NCBI GenBank assembly: GCA_021613535.1
Contig: CP075497.1
Span: 496,001-560,000 of the forward strand
Direction: 5' to 3'
DNA: 64,000 nt
Source of the DNA: Adineta vaga
Taxonomy: Eukaryota > Animalia > Rotifera
This document shows, one piece after another, positions 48,558 through 60,900 of the stretch. Positions within the stretch are counted from its first letter, which is position 1. Each line of letters starts with the position of its first letter. Under the pieces are notes generated by a model that saw nothing but the letters and a program-made list of their open reading frames with translations, ran no database searches and was not told the origin of the DNA. A program made the translations under genes and the position numbers.

Positions 48558-49290
48558 ATGATGCTGACTTTCGTCGGGTTATTATTTGTTAGTATTTTGG
48601 GAGTTAATAGTCTTTCAAATCAAAGAGCTATTTCATGTTCATGGATTGGTCATTGTATTTGTGATCCATGTTCTACATATAATAACTGTGATGGATCATT
48701 AATTTGTTCCAATGGAAAATGTAGTAATAGTAATGTCGGTGGTGGTGGTGGTGTAGAGGATACTACATATAAATCATCGGGTGTTCTCTATGGTATAGCG
48801 TAAGAATTTTAAATTGATTTGGGTTTTTTTTGGATACTATTTGATACATGTTTTTTTTTGTTTTAGTTCAGCTTGTATTACTGATAATATGTCAACATGT
48901 TGTGAAGTGAGTGTTAGTTATCCCCAATATAAATGCTCACCATCATCAAAATCCTCATCAATTTTAACATTAAATAGTTTTGAACAAGGTGGTGCTGGTG
49001 CTGGTGCAGGTTTAGGTTTATTTTATTCTGATTTTCATCAAGTTGTTGCTTGATCACCTGGATGGTATAATAAAGGAAGTCGATGTGGAAAAATGATAAC
49101 TATTCATGGAAATGGTAAAACAACAAAAGCTATAGTTGTTGATGAATATGATTCAGTACATGGCTGTGATGCAATGTATGCTGGTCAACCACCATGTCGA
49201 AATAATATTGTTGATGGATCACCAGCTGTTTGAGCTGCACTTGAAATATCAAAAAATGATCCACGTTATGGACAGATCAATATTTTTGTT
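48558..49290 (+). pseudogene. Kiwellin (kissper plus barwin-like DPBB domain) pseudogene, one intron (48800-48866), two in-frame stops
   Basis: C..YNNCDGSLICSNGKC; YKCSP; LTLNSFEQGG; [65 protein letters not shown]. Confidence 0.9.
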
Positions 49291-49417
49291 TCGAAAATAA
49301 TTTTCTCTTTAAGAAAATCCAAAAGTAAAGATTTCATTTCATTATATTAAGCAAAAACTAACTTTTTTTTTCTAAATAAAGCAATCAGCCGTGATTTCTG
49401 GGAAAAGAAAATCAACT

Positions 49418-49508
49418 TTGATGAGGTGGGCGTGGGTAACTCCGACTGCGTGCCAATCCAAAGCTGGGTGAGGGTGTGGGTGTGACATAATACTCACACC
49501 CACACCCA
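49418..49508. repeat. TGAGGG/TGTGGG hairpin element
   Basis: GGGTGTGGGTGTGA-CATAATAC-TCACACCCACACCC, perfect 14-bp arms. Confidence 0.85.
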
Positions 49509-49849
49509 TTTTTTCTTGAAAATCATCGGTTTCAATATTACTATTTAAAAAATATTTTTAAAAATTAAAATATGCATATCTTTGTTGAAGAAATTTGGTA
49601 TACTCTTAAATCAACAAATGCAATAAAAAACAGTATCGTCTATCCAATAAATTTTCATATGAACATCTGATTTCTCCGTTTATTTTCTTTACTTTTAATA
49701 TAGTATGGAAGTATAGAAGTTTATTTCAATGATATTCTATCGTATAGTGATGATCATATAGAAGATAGCATGTACAAATTTGAATTTTTGTTTGTGTTTT
49801 TGCGTCTCCAACAAAGTTTTTTTTCTTCTCCAATATCGTGGAGAACTAT

Positions 49850-50500
49850 TATTATATGTATATTTGTGATTATGGAAATAATCGAGGGGTCAAATGGTTA
49901 TTAGGTGCAACATCTGGTCAAACAATGATTGGACAAAATGAATCAGGTTCGTCATTAAATCAAATCAATGGTTGTTAAGGTTTATTTGTTAATAAACAAG
50001 GTTCTCTTTATATATCGAAATCTGGAAATCGTCGAGTGACTAGATGGAATCCTCCAAATTATGATAGACGATAGTTTCTGTTTCTGAAGGCAATGGAAAT
50101 GGATCAGCTATGAATCAATTTTATGGACCAAGTGGATTATTTGTTGATAAAAAGCGAAATATTTATGTTGTCGATGGTCCTAATAATCGTGTTTAAAAAT
50201 GTTATACTAATGGTACCATTCAAACAGTTGCCGAAGGAAATGGATTCGATTCTGCTTTAAATCAATTATGAAATCGTTCAAAACTTGTTGTTGATTCCGA
50301 AGATAATATTTATATTGATGATAATACAATTACCAATGATGGACGTATTATAAAATGAATACCTGGAGCTACGACAGGTACTATACTTATTGCTGGTGGT
50401 TCATCGAAACAAATTGATTATCCAATATCAGATGCATCGGGTAATTCCAAATCGACAAGTACTTCGATATAATATTAACAATAATGACTGTAGTAAGTAT
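49850..50500 (+). pseudogene. Degraded NHL-repeat gene
   Basis: LYISKSGNRRVTRW and GLFVDKKRNIYVVDGPNNRV* segments with several stops and frameshifts. Confidence 0.7.
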
Positions 50501-51059
50501 AGTATATTCTTCTTTGAATCCAATAGAAAACTTATTCAATCTTTCTTTTTGTTTTCTTCAGATTAATGATCATGTCGATATTATATCATAAACTAATTAT
50601 CATATTTCTTAAGTTTTCTTTGAAAAAAATAAATAATCTATCAATCATAAGCAGTAATTGTTTGAAGATGTTATTTTTATAATCAACAAATGAAAAGGAA
50701 ATAAACATAAAACTTTTTCACTTCATCATGCAGACGAATACATTTATCTATGTGATATTATAAGTCTTATGATGGTTTGTTTTCGATTTTATCATAAAAA
50801 ATAAACATCTTGTGATATTTCTAAATATAAACCAAGTCATATGATATTTAAGAGTTTTATGTAAAGTGTCCTATATAAAAACGACTTAAAACATCTCTTT
50901 CATAATCAAATTTCATGATAAATATTAAAGAAAATGAACGTCAAGTACAAATGATATTTATAAAATTTGATTTAATAATAATCGGATTTATTTTTCCTAT
51001 ATAAAAGAACGAGCGAATTTTTTTTCTTTTCAATATAATATTTATTTTACAAAAAAAAT

Positions 51060-52025
51060 ATGTCTTCAGAATATGATTTTATTGAATTATTAACACGAAT
51101 TCAAACAAATATATATAAAATTGGTGGAATAATTTTAATTATATTTGGAACAATTGGTTCTTTATTAAATTTATTTATTTTTACAAAAAAAAATTTTCGT
51201 AAAAATCCTTGTTCAATTTATTTTCTAACATATAATTTAATTAATTTAATTATGATTTATACTGTTATATTACCAAATACATTAATAAATGGTTATAATA
51301 TTGATCCAAGTTCTTATAATATTATATTTTGTCGTTTTCGTTTTTATAATTTACTTTTATTTGATGTTTTAGGTCCATCATATTTAATTTTAGCATCAAT
51401 TGATCGAATATTCTTAACTTCACATAATGCACATATAAGACAACGTAGTACAATACGTTTAGCTTATATAAGTATTATATTAATAACATTATTTTGGTTA
51501 TTAACAACAAGTCATACATTAATATTATGTCATATTGTTGAAATAAGACCAAATTATAGTTTTTGTTATTTTCAAATGAATAATTATTATATATTTATTA
51601 GTTATTATATTGTTTTTATAAAAACAATTTTATGTCCTTTATCAATGTTAATTTTTGGTTTTTGGTCAATTAAAAATGTTCGAAATTTAGTACGTGTTCA
51701 ACCAAATTCTCAAAGAGACACACAATTACAAAGTAATTCTTTATCAATAAATCATTCAAAAGATCGTCAATTATTTCGAATTCTTATTAATGATATTATT
51801 ATTTATCTTATTTTTAATTTAATGATGGCAATTGTTTTAATTTATCAACAAATTGATTCAAATCCTCCACAAAATATGGCTGATAGTTATCTTCGTGGTT
51901 TTTATGTTATTATTGGCAGTTTTAGTTCTTATATTCCATCTTGTATTACATTTTATAATAATTTATTTATATCAAAAGCATTTAGAAATTCAGCTAAAAA
52001 ACTTTTCAATCGTCATCAACAATAA
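51060..52025 (+). CDS. Class A GPCR
   Basis: 7 TM; GTIGSLLN, RKNPCSIYF, CRFR, LASIDRI, TFYN.L.ISKAFR. Confidence 0.88.
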   Translation: MSSEYDFIELLTRIQTNIYKIGGIILIIFGTIGSLLNLFIFTKKNFRKNPCSIYFLTYNLINLIMIYTVILPNTLINGYNIDPSSYNIIFCRFRFYNLLLFDVLGPSYLILASIDRIFLTSHNAHIRQRSTIRLAYISIILITLFWLLTTSHTLILCHIVEIRPNYSFCYFQMNNYYIFISYYIVFIKTILCPLSMLIFGFWSIKNVRNLVRVQPNSQRDTQLQSNSLSINHSKDRQLFRILINDIIIYLIFNLMMAIVLIYQQIDSNPPQNMADSYLRGFYVIIGSFSSYIPSCITFYNNLFISKAFRNSAKKLFNRHQQ

Positions 52026-52184
52026 TTAATTAAATATGAAGAAGAAGAAGAAGAAGAAAAAAACAGTTGAATATTGTATTTTATGTTTTTGTTGTTGTGA
52101 AATATAATTTCGTATGAATTATTTTATTTTCAAATAGTGATTCTATTTTTAGACAAGTCTTTTGTAGAAAGATAAAAGAAGTTT

Positions 52185-53591
52185 CTAACAAGACGTATTG
52201 TTAATCATAAATCGTTGAACGCGATCATTCGTATAATCAGCAACGTACAAGTTTCCATTTTTGTCAAATTGAACTCCGTAGGGATTGTTCAGTCGCGACG
52301 GTATGACACCAGTGAGACCAGTAATACCTACTACTAATGTTCCATTTCTTGCATTTTTCAACCATTTCATTATTCTATGATTATTAGTATCACTAACATA
52401 GATTGTACTAAATGAGTCAACATAAACATATCTTGGATGGTTTAATTGAGTATATGATGTACCAGCGGCATTACCACCTGCGACGACTGTAATATTTGTA
52501 CCGTTTGAAAGCCATTTTACCACCCGATGATTTAAACGATCAACAACATATAATGCATCATTATCAGATTCATCAACATAAATACCACCAGGTGTATTTA
52601 ATTGATTTAAGGTACTACCTGAAGTACCAGTTCCAGCAACTATAGTGCCCATTGTAGACGAATTGGAATTCGGAGGAAATTTAAGTACTCGATCATTACC
52701 ATAGTCTGAAACATAAATATAACCAAATCCTATTCGTAAGAAAAAGAAAATAAATGAAATTTATTAATTTAAATTATGAATACTGACGATCAACATATAA
52801 TCCATCGCTCCAAGAGAAAGTGTTTAACGAAGAACCACATCCTGAGCCTCCAACAACAATTGTAACATTATTTGATATGATATTACATCTGAGAATACGA
52901 CAATTTAACGAATCTGATATGTACAAATTTGACTCAGTCGGATCTAAATATAATGCTGTTGCAGTATTCAAATGTTGTGTATCTGAATTTGTACCATATC
53001 CAAGTTGTGGACCAACAATTGTACCACTTGTACTACCGTAGAGCCATTTCATGACACGATAATTGGAAAAATCTGATACATATACGTTCAATGCTGAATC
53101 GACGCTAATATCAAATGGGTTATTCAGTTGCGACGAAGTTGACCCACCATTACCACTAGCTAATCCAGCAATTGTTGTGGCATTTGGATTCCAAACAGCT
53201 GTTGGACACAATTTTGGTCGTACGATTGTTGGAACTAAAAGACAAAAATACACAATAAGAATATTTTCAATATATTTTTATAAGATAAATTTATACCTAA
53301 TTGAATAGTTAGATTTGATTGATTAATGAATAAAAGAGAAGTATTGAGATTATATTGAATATAAATTGAAGTAAAATTAAAATAAAATAATTGACATGTT
53401 TGATTATTTGAATAATAATTCAATGCTAAGATTGAATTATTTGAATAAATCATTTTACAAATACATTGATCTTTAGTTTTGTTTAATAAAATATCATAAA
53501 TATCTCCAATTATCATAAAATTATCTATTTTGCCAAATAAAATACAATTTATGAAAGAAAAAATCGAGAAAAAAATCCATGTTCGAAGCAT
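52185..53591 (-). CDS. Secreted Apple/PAN-like plus NHL-repeat protein (3 exons)
   Basis: Signal peptide, QCIC...ALNY..NNQTCQLF, then NHL repeats (LYVADYTNDRVQRF). Confidence 0.82.
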
Positions 53592-53957
53592 TTTTTGATA
53601 TTTCAAAAGTGTTTAAGAGAGTTTTCTTTTCTAATTTCTATTAGTTAAATATTTTAGTCGAAGGAGAAATGCATCAATGCTTCAACTAGTCATCTGACGA
53701 ACAGTAAAACAGCAGATAAAAAGAGAAATGAATACTTTTCTTGATTAAAGTACTTCTAAAAGAGAAAAAAGAAAGTTTGATAATTAAAATTTTAAAACAA
53801 TAAACAGAATTGAAAAAAGTATATTGTAACAAAATATTGTTATTAGTTTATTCTAGAGTATGAAGATTTAGATACGAATGTTCAAAGATATTTTCTAAGT
53901 TATTTTAATAAATATCAAATTTCTTATAAACTTTTCATTAATGTTAATACAATATAC

Positions 53958-53997
53958 TGTGGGTGGGTGCAAATCAATGTCTCTATCCATCCTCAAG
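53958..53997. repeat. TGAGGG/TGTGGG hairpin element, degenerate
   Basis: TGTGGGTGGGTG...CCATCCTCAAG. Confidence 0.65.
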
Positions 53998-55127
53998 ATC
54001 AGACTTTACAATCCTTAGAATCCATGATATTCTCTCATAGATAACATAGAGAATTTAATAATCACATTATAGATTCCATTACATCTGATTGAACGTAAAA
54101 GAGGAAGATTCTTTAATTTTTTTTTGTATTTATACACAACACAAGAAATTGTTGGAATTTAAAGGTTCAATGATCGTTATGTCTCAATACCAATTTGGTT
54201 TATTTGATTTATAAATGAATTTCTGAGTATAATTATTTTTCTTAGTTTTAAAATATTTCGAGAAATTTCACCAACAATAAATAGAACTATTTGTATTGCA
54301 TCTAATCTAATGTTTATGGAAATTTTCTAGCAATAGGTAATTTATTATCATTGCTCAAACAAATTTGATTACTTCAATTATACTTACATTGAATATTTTC
54401 ACTCAAGGTATCAAAAAGATTTTATATAATATTTATATGAATCGATTTCGACAGAATTGTATTGATCCAAATCAAACTGAAGTTCAAGTTGTTTCTAATA
54501 ATATATGATAAACTTCATTTAAATATGTTGTTACTTTTTCTTGTCTGTGTTGTATTTATTGATATTCGAATCAATCATACTGTCTGTTTGGATACTGTAA
54601 GTGACCTGTTTTAAACAAATCAGAAACGAAGCAGGGAACACTTCTGATGAGAGTCGAGGATCGGATTGCATCTCTGATATTTCTTCGACATGAAATTTTG
54701 TTAAAATAATCTTAATATAGGAAAATAGATATCTCGATACTTAAACTATAGTACTAATGGTAACGATTGATCGTCATTGAAGAAGTATTTAATCAAATGA
54801 TTAATTATCTGCGATGATGATAAACGTTCGCATTGTTATGGATGGTTGAGATTATAAGTCTACTTCTATTGTTTTAGTTTTTGAAGATATCGATTTACAT
54901 GCTGTGATTCATGACTATTACGAATTATCTATTTTTATCTATTCATAAATTGAATTTGCATCAAAAGCTACTAGACAGATTTCTCATAGAATCTATAAGA
55001 GAAATTTTTTAAAATCAAAAATTAGTAATCATTTATCATTAACACTTTTTCTTTCTGACAATTTTAGTTCATGTTTAAATTAACTTTTCTTTTACTGTTG
55101 TTCAGAAATATTTCAGTTTCTGATTAT

Positions 55128-56994
55128 TTATTCAATTAAGAATTTTTGTACTCGATAATTGTAATAATCATCGACATATAGATTGCCATTGCGATCGAAT
55201 GCTAAACCTACGGGAGTACTAAATTGATTTGCCCGTATTCCTCGACCATTTCCACCGGCGATAACAGTTCCTTGTGTGGCTCCTTTCGGCCATCGCATGA
55301 TTCGATCATTTCCCCAATCAGTCACATAAACGGTACCCATTTTATCGACAACGATGCCTTCAGGTGAGTACAATTGTGTAAGATTGTTTCCTCGTCCTTG
55401 ACCACCAGCAACAACAATACCTTCTTTTGCATCTGTTTCCCATTTCATGACACGATGATTGTAATTATCAGATACATATACTGAATTATTTCGATCAACA
55501 AATACATATCGAGGAAACAAGAGTTGATCGAGACGATCTCCTTTACCATTACCGCCGGCAACTATTGTTGCTTTAGTTTCACCATTTCGATATCGTCTTA
55601 CTGCATGATTTTCATTGTCAACGACATAGAGAGAACCCTTCTCATCCATTGTCAAACCAATACATCTGAAGTATGATGCAATTGTTTCTCCACTAGTATC
55701 GTTTTCACCATACCATCGAATGACTTTTTTACTCGTTGAACTTATAATGAGATTGTCTGTAAATGGATCAATAATTACATCCATTGGAAGATATAATTGA
55801 TCGGTACTGTTTCCTGACCCATTTCCATTGGCAACTATTTCACCACTCGTGGCACCTTTTTTCCATTTCATAATACGAGACTTGTAGTAATCAGTAATAT
55901 AAATTGTTTCATTCCCATCAACATATATACCGTTTAGGAATGCTAATTTATTAGTTCCATTGCCAGAGCTATCTCCTCCAGCAACCGTTACACCATTCTT
56001 TCTCCATGTAGCATTTAATGGAATGTCAATAGCAGGTGCTCGTAATGGTACTAAAACAAAGAAGGAAATATGCGTTTACAACAGATAACAAAGCAATTTT
56101 TTTCTATAGAAATAAGCTAGTATGATATGAAAGACACGAAAATGTGTACGTGCTTTATTGAATCTATCTACATGAGCTATCAAGACCAAAACTTACCCCA
56201 AGGTTGGGTGACAGCTGTCGTTGTAGTTGTAGTTGTAGTTGTAGTTGTAGTTGTAATGTTTATTGCTATTAATTTATATAAAATAAAGTAGACAGTATGA
56301 ATTTGGAATAGAATGAAATATATAACAGAAAAAGTTCAAAGAAATAAAGTGTAATTAATCAATAACTACTATGGATCCAAAAGGTGAAAGTACAAATGAT
56401 TCTATATAATGAGTTATTGAATATCATTCATATAAGATGAGATAAGATTTTTCTCCGAGTATGTCTTATTTATACAGTTTCAACGTGTCATCAGTTTTAC
56501 TTCGAATACAATTGAACTTTTAATTATTTCTCTAAATGATTATTTGCATGTTCAATTTACATTTTATTGGTGAACAAATTCGTTGATCAATCATTGATAT
56601 TGGATAACAAACCGGATATGAATGACAGCGAGGATGATGAACACAAATATGATTAGGTTCATTACATACATTGTTTGTGTAACCACATGAAATCAGTTTA
56701 GAACAAGTTGCCCAGAGAAACGCACAAACACCCGTATTATCAGCACCTACCATATGAAAACAACCACAGGCACTATTAACTGAACATCGATCATATTGAA
56801 TAACATCACATATTTGAGATTTTACTTCAACTATAAAAATAAAATTAACTATTCATTGAATGCGACGAATCAGAGGTAAACATTACCTTTAATACTGAAA
56901 ATAAAAAATTTATTAAATGTTAGAAGAATAAAATAAAACAAGAGTATTACTTAAGTAGAATAAAAATAAGATAATAAATTACACTTCGGACCAT
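55128..56994 (-). CDS. Secreted protein: Cys-rich domain, poly-Thr linker, NHL propeller (multi-exon; 5' end approximate)
   Basis: Cys-rich exon ~56830-56557, (ACAACT)n Thr exon ~56267-56197, NHL exon 56050-55128. Confidence 0.75.
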
Positions 56995-57951
56995 CGATTC
57001 TCTTACAATGAAACTGTATTGTAAAAGTGTCTCCTTTCTTTATATTCAATACCCAAGTGATATTACATGGCACATTTTCTTATATTTTAATGAAACAGAA
57101 TAACTTAAAATTTTGATATTATAGCACAAATCAGTAATATGATGAGAACAGGTGATGAAAAAGATACTATTATTCATATTTACCAGATCGATAGCGCGAT
57201 GATTGTTTTTCTTTTTTCTTCTTCTGACAATATTCTTCGAAAGATGATATTTGTATTAGAGTATATCAGTGATAATAAAAGTTATTTTATTTTTTTAAAA
57301 CAATTCTGTTGATAAGATCAATGTCATTATTAAAGTAAGGAAGTTTTTTTTCAGAACTTTAGTAAAAAAAACACATTTTTAAACATATCTATCTGTTCTT
57401 CTTTTGTCTACTATTCGAATATATTCTATGATCTCTGCTCATCAATATCAATGAAGTTCTCGTGTGTCTTATTGGACCCGATATATTTGAATATGATGGT
57501 TTGTATAATCTCCTTCTCTGACTCACATCCATACCCATATATATATATATATATATATTAGATTAACGATCAAAAAGTTAAGTTGCTGAATCTGAATGTG
57601 TTAGTTTAAATTTATTTCACGAAATTATTCATTATAAAAATAAATAAAATGAGATTTATCGTCTTTCGATAGATTTTGATCTCTTTACTAAAAGCTTTAT
57701 TTCAATGGAACTTTCTGAGCAAGAATTATGAATCTTTTAGTATGAGAAATAAAATGTCGTGTTTCAGTTAAAGTTTTGCAATTTAATAATACGAGAATTT
57801 TTAGAACCACAAGAAAAGCAACTAAAATAAATACAAATTACACAAAAGAAAAAGCTTAACTAAACATAAAAACGATTTCATCATGTTATAATTATTTCAA
57901 AACTTTTTTATATGATATAAGAAGTAAATAATTGCAAGGAATTTTTAAAAA

Positions 57952-60900
57952 TCATTGATATATGGATGTATGTACTTTGAGATTATTCATAGTACAACAT
58001 TCACACGTATTTAAAAGAATATCCATAAAACCAGAATAGGGATTTGTCGCAACTATATCTTGATAACCGTCTGCATTAAAATCACCAACAGAAACATAGG
58101 TTGTACTACCAGAAATTTCTCTTGAAAAAAGTGTTTGAAATACAAAATTTCTATTTTCATATCCAACTAATACACCTATACTGTAAGGATCATTTTGTCC
58201 AATAGCAATATCTGGACGACCATCGTTATTGAAATCACTAATAGCAATTGGAGAGGATCCAAAAGTTGTTCCCATGGAAAACTTTATTGGTACATCAAAT
58301 GTTCCATTACCATGTCCAAACATGATACCAACAACTTTTCTTCCATTATAGGAAAGAGCGATGTCTGGTAAAGTGTCATTGTCAAAATCAGCAACATTAA
58401 TATACCATGGATTAATATAACCACTTGTGAAAGATATCTTTGATGTTTGAAAAGTTCCATTACCATATCCAAGAAATACACCAATATTTCTACTTACACG
58501 ATTGGCAACAGCAATGTCTAGATAACCATCATTGTTAAAATCAGTAACAGCAACTGCTTCTGGATAACTATGACGACCAGTATAATATATAATCTGTTTC
58601 GAAAATGTTCCATTAGCATATCCAAGAAATATACGAATATTATTATTCAAAGTATCAACTACAACAATATCTGAATTATTATCATTATTAAAATCAGCAA
58701 CGGCAATGGCTCGTAGTTTACTATTCTTTTCTGTCGATAATGTCGTTAGAGCTTTGAAAGTTCCATCGCCATTTCCAAGTAAGACATTTACATAATTTGA
58801 TTCTGAATCGGTCAAAGTAAGATCAAGTTGATTATCATGATTAAAATCAGCAATAACCATATTGATATAAAAGATGTTATCTGGCATGAGATAGGCTGTT
58901 TTTAATTGAAAAGTACCATCACCATTTCCAAGTAGTATTTGAATATTTTGATAATGTGAATTAAAAAAGATAATATCGAGTCGATTATCATTATTAAAAT
59001 CATCAACAATGGTTGAACTAGGATGAACATTAGAATCAGATGTAAAAATTGTTATTGATTGAAATTTTAATTGACAAATCAATGCTAATGAAATATGATA
59101 AGAGAAAAAAAATAAATGATTTCATTTAACTTACGTTGTAGAGTTGTGCTTTTTATTATTGTTGTTGTTAATTTCGTCATGAAACTAATTGTTGAACTAT
59201 TCGTCGAAGAAACTATAATAAAGCTATACATACTATGTCATCGTAGATGTTCTCATACCTGTTATTAGAAGTTCATTGTTTTCTTGTCGAATTGTATAAA
59301 TAGAAAATATAACTAAAGTTATGATTAAAAAAATTAATAATAAACATATTGAAGTAATTTTAAAAGAATATTGAAATGATGTTAATAAAACATTTCTTCC
59401 TTCTAATTCAACATTAGTTGTTGAATGTTGAACAATTGTATTGGAAATTTCAAGAGATGAAATAATATTTCTTCTCTTCTTTCGATATTTATTTAATTTA
59501 ACTAAAATTTGAATAATTTTAGGAGAAATCCATCGAAGAACAATTGTTAAACCACCTTGAAGACCAAGAATAATTGTTATTATATGAAGAAAATTGAATT
59601 GTTGAATATAATTATAAGAACATATCAATGGTAAACATTGATGAAAATAAGATGAATAATTTCTTGTTATTTTCCATTCTTCAACAAATAAATTCTTAAC
59701 AAGTTCATCTATAGTTCTATTTATTAAAGATTGATTCATTTCTATCGATAAAGGAATAATATTATTTGAAAAATAAGAATATTTTTCAATAAGATTAAGA
59801 CATGATTGATTATAAAAACATTGAAGAGTTGAAGAAAGAAATGATTCACTTGGTAAACATCCAATTTTCAAACCATGAATTGAAATATTTTCTAAAGAAT
59901 CTAAATCAATAAAATTTGCTTGACTTGTACAATTGGAATAGAATTGACAAGAACAATTCTCATATATGATTTGTTGAGTAGATGCATATGCTAAAAATTG
60001 TTTATACCAAGGAGAAATATATTGAAAATTAGTTTCATATGTTGATAGAATAGCATTTCCATGATTTATTGTTCGAATTAAAAAGAGAAGTTGAAGAAAT
60101 GTTGTTGATAGATTTGATATACTTTGTTTAATAAGTAAATCAAGACGTAAATGAAAATGTTTTTCTGTTAAAAGTTGAATTGTTATAAAAAATGATGAAT
60201 GAAATTGTTCAATTGAATTATTTATAGATTGAATTGATAATTGACATAAACCTTGAAGATATTGTAAATGAGAAGAAAGAAAACGACGATAATCTTCAAA
60301 TGAATATTTTGAAAGATTTGAATGAATATTAAATGTTAAATTATTTCTCCATTCATTTGAAATAAATGAACTTAAACAAATCTTAAAATAAAAAGAAGAT
60401 ATATTATTTTAATTAGAAAGATTTATATTACTTGATGAAATTTTGGTTGAATATGAACGAATCGACGATTTATTGATGAAATTGATGAACATGAACATTT
60501 TAATTTCTCTTCATATTGATTGATTAAAGATTTGTATAATTTAAATGTTGGTTTATTAAATGTTTTTGTCAAAGTTATAGATTGTATCGTAGTATGAACA
60601 ATTAAAATAGAAATTCCAATAAGAAATAAAAGAATATAGAGACGAGTTGACCATTGACCAAGATGTTTTGCTCGAATTCGTTCAATATTATTTCCAAAAT
60701 CTCGTCGATGAAATATATTTAGATTAATTAAAGTATTATATGTAACAATAATTAAATCTTCTAGAAATTTTCTCATACGAATTGACCAATTCAAATGAAC
60801 TATGAAAAGAAAATCTTATTTGAAACATATCGTTGAAATTCATTATTATTACCTTGTTCTTCTTGTCTTATATTATTTTTGTTTAATATACGATAGATAA

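Noticed and set aside
56220-56255. (GTTGTA)n microsatellite
   Set aside because: Encodes the poly-Thr linker of the NHL gene.
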